A stretch of DNA of 64,000 nucleotides, taken from Verrucomicrobiota bacterium (lineage in GTDB: Bacteria > Verrucomicrobiota > Verrucomicrobiia > Opitutales > Oceanipulchritudinaceae). The stretch is taken from positions 488-64,487 of the forward strand of contig JAJOKB010000081.1 of NCBI GenBank assembly GCA_021208135.1, in the 5' to 3' direction. The notes below the pieces were generated by a model. That model was not told where the DNA came from, did not search any database, and worked only from the letters and a program-made list of their open reading frames with translations. How positions within the stretch are numbered: position 1 is the stretch's first letter; the number at the start of each line of letters is the position of its first letter. The translations under genes were made by a program, and so were the position numbers. Below are positions 12,391 to 21,034 of the stretch, one piece after another.

Positions 12391-13088
12391 GAAGGTGTTT
12401 GGGTCGTATCCAGTAAGCCGATTTCGGCCAGATCTTTCAGTACGCTTTGAAAGCCCGGATCATCCCAAATCATGTCCAGCGAGTGTGTGCTGGTGATGCG
12501 AATGAAAAACTGCTCGCGGCGGAAGTTGAGGCCGTAACTGGCTACGTCATGGAAAATCAACCATATCGGAGGTAGCTCATTAAAGCTTTGGCGATAGGTA
12601 TGCACTTCGCCTCCAAAAAGGTGCCAGTAGTAAACATGCATCGGAAATCCGTCTTTTTCAAAGATGCGCCACTCAGCGGGCAGGAGTGGCCCCTTTGGTG
12701 AATCTTTGCGCACCGCAAAACGCATGTCTGTTGCTCGCCAGCCGGTCCAGGTCCAGCAGCGGTCAGGTGTGTGTGCATTGACCAGGCGCACGGGCATTTT
12801 ACCCGGTTCCCAATAGGCAATGTACACCGAAAAGTTTCTCTCTCCCCTGGAGAAGGATCGAAACACAAAATCATCCAGACGGAGCAGGCTGTGCGATCTG
12901 CGGTCCAATTCCTCGGTGTTGCCCAACGGTAAGTCTTCAACCCGCCAACCCGGTAGATCTCTGGTGAGAATTTCCGCCAGAGGCCGTTGCAGGCTAGGTT
13001 CAGGTTGTGGCATAAACAATACCAGAGCCTGGAGAGTCAAACCTACCACCAGAATGGCAGGCATCAAAATCAACAACACCTTCTTCAT
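12387..13088 (-). CDS. EpsI-family (DUF3485, exosortase-associated) protein homologue
   Basis: An N-terminal TM helix is followed by DLPGWRVEDLPLG...LLRLDDFVFRSF...FSVYIAYWEPG...NAHTPDRCWTWTGW. This fits the EpsI pattern (GW..d..l, dd...R.Y, HsP..C.p..GW). The stop overlaps the start of the downstream DUF4838 gene (ATGA at 12387-12390). Confidence 0.55.
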   Translation of the reverse strand: MKKVLLILMPAILVVGLTLQALVLFMPQPEPSLQRPLAEILTRDLPGWRVEDLPLGNTEELDRRSHSLLRLDDFVFRSFSRGERNFSVYIAYWEPGKMPVRLVNAHTPDRCWTWTGWRATDMRFAVRKDSPKGPLLPAEWRIFEKDGFPMHVYYWHLFGGEVHTYRQSFNELPPIWLIFHDVASYGLNFRREQFFIRITSTHSLDMIWDDPGFQSVLKDLAEIGLLDTTQTPS

Positions 13089-13189
13089 ACCTCGCACCTT
13101 AGGAATTGTCCGCAGCATGACAATAGCAATTGCCGAAAACCGCTCGTCACTGGTCAATCACTATCCGCACCAGAGTGCCAGCAGCACCC

Positions 13190-15211
13190 TCATTTACTGG
13201 TACACCACGCCTCCATCACATCAAAGAACAGCCCGCCCGACAGATTGCACCAGTGGCAGCATTGCGGCAGTTCATCAGTGAACTTGACCGCACCGTCGTG
13301 GACAGGAGCAACCACGTTTTCGTCGCCATGCGCCTGACCGAAGGGGCCTTGGCGTGCGGTGCGCGCTATCCCTTGCAACCAATCCGTTGCCACTTCGCGG
13401 CGGCCACTCAGGATTAATCCCAGCGCAACTTCAGCAGGCCATGCACCATAGGCACCGTTGTATTGATGGTCAGCCCGGACGCCGCTGATGGCGGCATCCG
13501 CGTCGTGGGGAGATAGCGCGCGAATCCAACCCGGTGTGCGCAACTCGTTCTCAAAAAATGTGATTATTTCATCCCGAACCTGATGCGGCAGAGAATGTCC
13601 AATGTCACCACAACACCATACCCGTGTCCCAACAATGACGGCATTCTCTCGCTGAACCGTCGGGAGCCACACTGCGAAACCAACCTTTCCCCTCGACATA
13701 TAATTGATCCAATATGGCCTGTTGCAGCTTGTTGGATTCAGCCACCAGCGCCGAGGCATCCTCTGTCCTGCCCAGTGTGCGATAAAGGCTTGCCAATTCG
13801 CGTAGCATCCACACCGCACCCGCATTCAAACTGGCAACCGCATGCTCGTAAGTTGAGACGCATTCGAGCAGCTGTTGCCTTGCCCCGTAGTCGGCCAGTC
13901 CGAGTTCAGGGATTAGATTTTTGCGATAATCGAATGCCAGATCTTCCAGCGCCGCCAACAAGGACATGGTGCCTGATGCCGTACGTATGGTTCGCTTGAG
14001 CCAGTCTGTTCCACCTTGTTGCACTAGCTTTAACCCAACCAGAAAACAATTGAATATGTCCATGGCATAGGGCCATCCGTGACCGGAGTAATCCCCTCCT
14101 TTACCGGTCAAGGTATTGATCTGATTGAATTTGCGAATGTCGGCACTCAAAGCCATTTCCAACTGTTGCCAGGTCGGTTCAGGATCCAGTCTGGCCAGAA
14201 TCCCGGCTGCCAGTGCCCAATCGTTGGGGTAAAAGCAGGCTTCCACCCTGCGCGGCATGGAAATGCTATATCGGGTCAAACCCTTGTTGGGGCTGTGTTT
14301 TCTGCGCAGATACAGCGCGGTAAAGATGGCACTCACAGCAACGGGCGCCAATGCTTCCGGCAGTTCCAAGTCCGGCAAACTTCCACTGAATTCAGGACCT
14401 CCCGCAAAAACCTGTCGCCACAAATCCCGCCATTGGGCTTCAATGGTACTCAACTGCTCTGCAACTGTTTTAACCAGCTGCGTGGCATGCTCGGCTACCG
14501 CGCTGGTTTCGCCCATTACCATGGCAAAATCGAGACTGACTTCTGCTCCCGCCTCCAGTTCGAATTCCCAACACCAGTCTCCATTGTCCCCGATGGAGTG
14601 AGGTGGGCTTTGCACCGCCTGGGCACACCATGCCTGTCCACAGTGTTCGGAAATGCGCTGGTCCGGCCGTTCGCGCCATAACCTTGTGCCCGGTGACGGT
14701 TCGGTGATTATGGGATTCATGCCTGACTGGTCGTGCAGGTCAGTCACCGTAAGGCCGATTTGGGAATTCCCCAATACCAGCGCTCCAATCCCCGGTTGAC
14801 ACACCGTCCTGAGCTGCGCAATCCTATGCGGTGAGTGCCTGATACCAACGCAGTGAACTGAATGCGCATGACAACAGCCGCAATGTCCCAAGGCATGGCA
14901 GTGGTGCTTTTGATCCTCAAACCACCCGCTTCAACCTCGCGTTCCACTGCCCAAGGTGTCCAGCTGACCGATGTCTCAAGCCGCGTGGCAGGGAGGAAAA
15001 TCCCATTCACGGTCAGGTAAGCGGTGGATTCCTCACAGCCCGAAACCGGTGGAAAAACCGGATGGCGCAGAGACGTCACGTCGTTGCCAATCTGGACGCT
15101 GCCTAAGAAATTGGTCAATCCAGGGCGGGAGCGCTCTTCGAGAAAGGGGTGTTTGGAGGCCCATTGGCGGTACCAAGCGAGGTCAAATTCTGATAGTTTC
15201 ATAGTCTTCAT
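13190..15211 (-). CDS. Putative (alpha/alpha)6-barrel glycoside hydrolase-like protein (GH63/trehalase-like fold guess); two apparent frame breaks (~14815-14830 and ~13600-13625)
   Basis: Three collinear pieces (14744-15328, 13605-14891, 13190-13825) join into one reading of about 670 aa from ATG 15211 (MKTMKLSEFDL). HCWDTGMVL and ADHQYNGAYGAWPAEVALGL resemble six-hairpin glycosidase motifs. The family assignment is tentative. Confidence 0.4.
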
Positions 15212-15403
15212 AAAGGATTGAATGCAATAGGCTTTGGGACAATCGACATCCATATTTACAGTAAACCCAAGCTCTGTGCAGTGCATGTGACCGAATATTT
15301 TGATTGAGAATCCCTCTGAAATCCTCACAGTGCGCCATTTGACAAAAATACCAATGTATGCGTGCTCAGTGGGCTCGCTTGTCAGAACAGTTGTATCAAT
15401 TGC

Positions 15404-15772
15404 ATGAATCGAAAACTTTTTGTAGGGAATCTCCCATTCCGTTCATCGGCTGAAGACATCCGTGATCTCTTTGCTCGCGCAGGTGATGTGGAAGACGTGC
15501 TTCTTATCGTGGATAAGATCACCGGACGTCCACGCGGCTTTGGTTTTGTGACCATGGCAAGTGCGGAAGGGGCGGATAATGCCATCCGTGTCTTGGGAGG
15601 CAGTGATTTTCAAGGCAGGTCCATCAAAGTCAGTCTGGCCACTGACAGAGGCGAAGACGAACCCCTGCCGGCGGCTCAGATTGCCCGCAGCAGCGCACCG
15701 CATCAGTTGGAGTCGCGCTACCACCGCCGCCCCGCCCTCGAAAAATCCGTCAATATCGCGCAGCAACCGCTC
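15404..15772 (+). CDS. RNA-recognition-motif (RRM) RNA-binding protein; there is no in-frame stop before trpS, so the 3' end is unresolved
   Basis: MNRKLFVGNLPF (RNP2) ... RGFGFVTM (RNP1) ... GRSIKVSLA is a textbook bacterial RRM. As given, the frame runs straight into the TrpRS ATG at 15773. Confidence 0.8.
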
Positions 15773-16782
15773 ATGAGCGAGGATGTGCGCAAAGTCATTC
15801 TCACCTGTGCCCAGCCCACGGGTTCCCTGCACTTGGGGAACTATTTTGGTGCTATCCGCAACTGGGTGGATTTAATCGAGGGCAATGACTGTTTTTTTGG
15901 CATTGTTGATCAGCATGCGATTACCTTGCCATACAAGCCCGCAGATTTGCGTCAAAGCTGCTACCGTACGCTTGCTCTCTACATCGCGGCTGGACTGGAT
16001 CCGCAAAAGTGTCATTTGTTTCTGCAGTCGCACGTGATCGGCCATACGGAGTTGGCCTGGGTTCTCGGCTGCCTTTGCCCGATCGGTCAACTCGAACGGA
16101 TGACTCAATTTAAAGACAAGTCTCAACGGGCCGATAGGGGATTTGTGGGCTCCGGCTTGTTGTATTACCCGGTTTTGATGGCAGCTGACATCCTGCTGTA
16201 TAACGCCGATTTGGTGCCAGTCGGTGAAGACCAGAAACAGCACGTCGAGTTATGCCGCGACTTGGCCATTAAGTTTAACAACACATACTCGGATACCTTC
16301 AAGGTGCCCGATGTATTCATTCCCAAGGCCGCTGCCCGCGTCAAATCACTGCAGGATCCCGATCGCAAAATGTCGAAATCCGATCCCAACGCTTCCGGTT
16401 GTATTTATCTGCTCGACCGCCTGATGTCATTCGCAGAAAGGTTATGAGTGCTGTTACCGATAGCGGTTCGTCAATTGAAGTCAGCCCCGATAAACCTGGT
16501 ATTTCCAATTTATTGACCTTGCTCGCAGTTGCCAGTGGCCGTTCAGTGGATTCCTGGCAAGCAGAGTTGGCCGGCAAGAGTTACGGCGAATTCAAGCCTA
16601 TTGTAGCCGATGCCTTGATTGCCTTGCTTGAGCCCATTCAGCAACGGTATGACGCCATCGCGGACGATAAAACTTATCTGAACAGCGTCCTGAAGCAGGG
16701 AGCTGAGGCCGCTCAGGCACGCGCTTACAAGATGTTGAGCAAGGTCTATCGCAAAGCCGGATTCGTCGAACGCGTGCGATGA
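15773..16782 (+). CDS. trpS: Tryptophan--tRNA ligase, with an apparent 1-nt deletion at 16417-16418
   Basis: The protein reads MSEDVRKVILTCAQPTGSLHLGNYFGAI (HIGH-type motif), then PVGEDQKQHVELCRDLA and KMSKSDPN (KMSKS). After the shift it continues LLD(P)PDVIRRKVMSAVTDSG... Confidence 0.92.
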
Positions 16783-16919
16783 CGACCAGCGCTGGACCGC
16801 GCCAACTCGCAGCCAGTTAAATGTCTGCGGCAAGGGGCCGCCCGGATAGTGAACTAAAAACGGTGAATTTTTGCAGTGGTAATAATTCCGTAACAATTGC
16901 ATGGTAATGCTCATCCACC

Positions 16920-18419
16920 ATGCATGCATTCAAACGAGATAAGTTATTCTCACTACTGCTGTTACTGATTTTTCCCGTTTTTCTTTCCGGCGCGGAACTG
17001 CCACTGGCTGTTTTACTGGAAGAGGCTAAGTTCACCGAACACGTTTTAGGAGAGCAGGACCGGGCTTTGGAATTGTATTCAGCAATTCTTGAGGCCAGAG
17101 GCAATACGCGCGATCCCATCTGGGCCGAAGCCACTAAATCTGCCATACTCGTGCACCAAATCAGGGGTGAGCGCGAGCGTTCCAGACAAATGGCACATAC
17201 CTTGGCTGCAGTCGCCAATGAAGATCTCAGACCTTGGCGACTGTGGGCAGAAGCCTTTCTTGACAGGACTGGCAGGCTTCCTCTGCAGGAAGCACCTTGG
17301 CCCGATTACGAGCAACTCCGGTATATTGTCCGTTCAGTAAACGGCAGTGAAATAGGTTTTGCACACTATTGGATGGCACCAGCCGAGCACGCAGGTCTGC
17401 CTGCATTGGAACTGAGATCCAACTTATTTCTCATCATCAACAATTCCAGCAATGTCTCAAAGTTGATTACCAAGCCTGTTGAGCAACAATGGTTGCCGTT
17501 GGCTGTCAGTGCCAAAATGGAGTCACAACTATTGCCGGAATTGCATGTGGAGTATGATTGGAATGCTTTTACCAGTACGGCAACCTCGCGCGATCGCGAA
17601 CCGGTTGTTATCCGTTTGGCAACCAATGAAGCCACCCTCGATTCCGAACAGTTTTTCTTTGTTCCCAGACTGCTAAACGCTGAAACAGATCCTCATGTGT
17701 CGCTGCCATTCAGCTCGCAGGGTCTTTTGCTGGTTGCGGGAGATCTGCAATTCAGGGGTATGCAGGAAATCGAGTGGGGCGGTAACACCGTTTTGACCGA
17801 GGTGTGGCGCGGCCAATTGATCGTCAAAGGCAGTTGGCAACAAACATTCGATATCTATATAGATCCGTCGCCCGGGCGTAAGCCCCTGAAAATCCATGCG
17901 GAGTATTTTATCATGGAATTGCTCAGCGCTGACACGCGTCCGGGTTTGCACCCGTATGTTGTCGCGGATACTGATACTCCCTATGGCTTCGAAGTTCCAG
18001 CCAACTGGTTTTCCTACGTCGCTACTGAGCCGCAAACTACGACTACGTCGTTCGTGATTTCAAGCGAAGGTTATGGCATCGGTATCTTTCTTTCCCAACG
18101 GTTGTCCAGCGATCGCGAAGAACTTGAACAAAGGGTCGAGCGCGACTTACAGCGCCTGGAGCAGATCCTGCCCAACTATCGCATCATTGAACGCACTGTG
18201 AATGTGCCCGGCACCACAATAGCAGACAACGAAACAACGACTGTGATTGGTACCTTTGTCGATCGGAGCATCCTGATCAGAGAACAGCGACAATACTGGA
18301 TTCGAGGTGATACCGTTTACTGGTTGGTCCAACGCGCTGAAGACTCACAGTGGGATTTGGTAGCTCCGGTTTTTGAGGGCTGGCGTGGTTCCTTCCACAA
18401 AGTTCCAACCTCTAAATAA
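16920..18419 (+). CDS. Secreted hypothetical protein (499 aa), no recognisable family
   Basis: An intact ORF with a signal peptide (LLLLLIFPVFLSGAELP) and a helical N-terminal region. It lies 8 nt upstream of the sensor kinase gene on the same strand. Confidence 0.5.
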   Translation: MHAFKRDKLFSLLLLLIFPVFLSGAELPLAVLLEEAKFTEHVLGEQDRALELYSAILEARGNTRDPIWAEATKSAILVHQIRGERERSRQMAHTLAAVANEDLRPWRLWAEAFLDRTGRLPLQEAPWPDYEQLRYIVRSVNGSEIGFAHYWMAPAEHAGLPALELRSNLFLIINNSSNVSKLITKPVEQQWLPLAVSAKMESQLLPELHVEYDWNAFTSTATSRDREPVVIRLATNEATLDSEQFFFVPRLLNAETDPHVSLPFSSQGLLLVAGDLQFRGMQEIEWGGNTVLTEVWRGQLIVKGSWQQTFDIYIDPSPGRKPLKIHAEYFIMELLSADTRPGLHPYVVADTDTPYGFEVPANWFSYVATEPQTTTTSFVISSEGYGIGIFLSQRLSSDREELEQRVERDLQRLEQILPNYRIIERTVNVPGTTIADNETTTVIGTFVDRSILIREQRQYWIRGDTVYWLVQRAEDSQWDLVAPVFEGWRGSFHKVPTSK

Positions 18420-18427
18420 CAGCCGCC

Positions 18428-20333
18428 ATGAAATTTCGTATTTCCGGAACAACCGATCCCTTGCGGCTGGCGCTGGCCTTGCTGGTCTTGGCATTGCTGT
18501 TACCATTGGCATTGCTCATTTGGTTTTTTATCAAAAGCGTTCAGGCCGAACGCACTTTGGCAAGACAGCAACTGGTGACCGCCTACCGCAGTCAGGTCAT
18601 GATCAACGTCGGCGAAGCAGTACAAAACTGGCAAAATATGCAGCAGGATTTGCTCGAGCGTGCCAGGGATCCCAGAAACCGGATTACGCTTCATTGGTTA
18701 CGCCAAAGCAACATACAGGCGGTCATGCTGGTCGATCGTCAAGGCCGAATGGGGTTCCCGGTCAACGACGCTGCCCAGAGCGGAATGGTGCGTTTTCCCG
18801 TCCATCTGGAGGAATTGCGGACCTCATTGCCTTCTCTGGGTGAAGATGCGTCGCTTTGGTTGGCTGCCATCGATCAAGTTCAACAATCGCTGGAGGCTGC
18901 GACTGATGATCCCCGGTTAGTGCTCGGATTTATGATGCGGGTTACCGAACTGTTGCCTGAGCCTCTGGTGGAGATTCGTTCCATGCTTCTGGATTGGTGG
19001 CAACAACAGTTTTTTTTCCGAGTCAGGAATTGTTGCCAAACAGTCCATCTCTCTACAGCAGTTTTTGCTGAAACGACTTTTGGCATTGCATGAAGTCCAA
19101 CCACTGCCTGCCGGGTTATATCGCCAGTTTGCAGTCGAGGCAGAGCGCTTCGACATGATGTTTGCATTAATCGACTTTTACAACCAGCATTTGCGCATGC
19201 AGAATCGCACTGCCAATGATCATTGGCGGTTTTTGTTGCTCAGAAGCGAGTCTGCCGGCAGGGAGTATGTCGCCAATTTCATCCTGGAATCAGATCAGGG
19301 CACTATCATTATACAGGCAACAGAGTCGCAAATGAGACAGTTCTTGCAGCCGGTATTGCGCAATCCCGGCTTGGAGGAAAGCGCTTGGCTGCGTCTTAAG
19401 AGTCCGCGTGGTAATTTTTCCGGGACAGAGGTCGGAGCCGATGCTGAAGCTTTGTTTTCCATTGAATTACCAGATCCGTTCTTGCGTTGGCGCTTGGATG
19501 TCGGCTTCCCGGATGAACGCCACCTGATCCGGTCTATGCGGCAACAAACCGCCCTCTCCATCTATGCGGGTGTGGCACTGTTGCTACTCATTATGCTCGC
19601 CGGGGTACTTTCAGTGCGTCAAATTCGCCAGCAGATGCAGCTCAATAAGTTGCAGAATGATTTCATTGGCATGGTCTCGCATGAGCTGCGCACGCCACTG
19701 GCTTCGATGCGCATGTTGGTTGAAACTCTGCAGGAGGGTCGCTACCGCGATCCCGACACCTTGCGGGAGTATCTCGATTTAATTGCCGGTGAGAACCAAC
19801 GATTGAGCCGATTAGTGGACAGCTTTCTGTCCTTTAGCAGGATGCGCCGGGGCATGAGTCAATTTCAGCGCAGGCAAGTCAGTCCCGGCGAAGCGGTGCA
19901 GTTAGCGCTGGCCGCGACCAAACCCCACATGAGCGCCCCCAATGTGGAATTTGGTTATTCAATTGCCGATAATGTGCCGTGCATTTTTGCTGACCCCGAC
20001 GCCATTGCTACGGTTCTGATCAATCTGTTGGAAAATGCCTACAAGTATTCAGGTGACCGCAAGGACATCCGATTGCAGGTTGATTGCGTGAATGACGAGG
20101 TACGCTTTGCGGTGTCAGACAATGGTATTGGTATATCTGCCAAGGAACAGAAACTGATTTTCCGGGAGTTTTATCAAGTGGACAATCGTCTGGCACGCAA
20201 AGCCGAAGGCAGTGGTTTGGGGTTGAGCATTAACAAGCACATTGTCCGCGCACACGGCGGAAGAATTACAGTCGACAGCACCCCCGGACAAGGCTCAACT
20301 TTCACTGTCTCCATTCCTGCTTTGCAAACTTAA
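18428..20333 (+). CDS. Sensor histidine kinase (HisKA + HATPase_c), with an apparent indel in the T8 run at 19010-19017
   Basis: An N-terminal TM helix is followed by a periplasmic segment, a second TM helix (ALSIYAGVALLLLIMLAGVL), the H-box FIGMVSHELRTPL, the N-box LINLLENAYKYS and the G-boxes DNGIGI / GSGLGLS. Confidence 0.87.
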
Positions 20334-20347
20334 CACTCTATCAAGCC

Positions 20348-21034
20348 ATGCAATCTGAAGCCAAAGTACTTATAGTAGAAGACGACGCAGTTATGCTGCG
20401 CGGATTGAAGGACAACTTCGAATATCAAGGCTATCAGGTTACCACTGCTGCCAATGGGGAAAAGGGGCTTGAACTCGCCCTCAGTTTGAAACCCGATTTA
20501 ATCATTCTTGATTTAATGATGCCGGGCATGAATGGCTATGAAGTGTGTCAATCCATTCGCGAGGCAGGTCTGGAGATGCCGATACTGATGTTGACCGCCA
20601 AAAGCCAGGAGTCGGATATAGTGATGGGGCTCAAGTTAGGAGCGGATGATTACGTTACCAAACCCTTTGGCATACGGGAACTGCTTGCGCGTGCTGAAAC
20701 GATGTTGCGGCGCACGCGCAAACAGAAACAAACGGAGCATACTTTCGGGGACTGCAAGCTGTTGGTTGAATCCAGGCAATTCTTTCGTTCCGGCGAAGAG
20801 GTCGAACTCTCTCCCAAAGAATTTAAGTTGCTCGAGTTCTTCCTTGAACATCAGGATCGCGCCCTCAGCAGGGATTGGATTTTAAATCAAGTCTGGGGGC
20901 ACGATGTCTATGTTACCGACCGCACTGTGGACCGGTTTGTCACGACTTTGCGCAACAAAATCGAGCCCAATCCCAAGGAACCGCAGTTCCTCAGGACTGT
21001 GCGCGAAGTAGGGTACAAGTTTACCTGCAAGTAG
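20348..21034 (+). CDS. OmpR/PhoB-family response regulator
   Basis: The receiver domain shows VLIVEDD...LIILDLMMPGMNG...LTAK. The winged-helix output domain shows ELSPKEFKLLEFFLEH...TDRTVDRFVTTLRNKIE...LRTVREVGYKF. Confidence 0.92.
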   Translation: MQSEAKVLIVEDDAVMLRGLKDNFEYQGYQVTTAANGEKGLELALSLKPDLIILDLMMPGMNGYEVCQSIREAGLEMPILMLTAKSQESDIVMGLKLGADDYVTKPFGIRELLARAETMLRRTRKQKQTEHTFGDCKLLVESRQFFRSGEEVELSPKEFKLLEFFLEHQDRALSRDWILNQVWGHDVYVTDRTVDRFVTTLRNKIEPNPKEPQFLRTVREVGYKFTCK

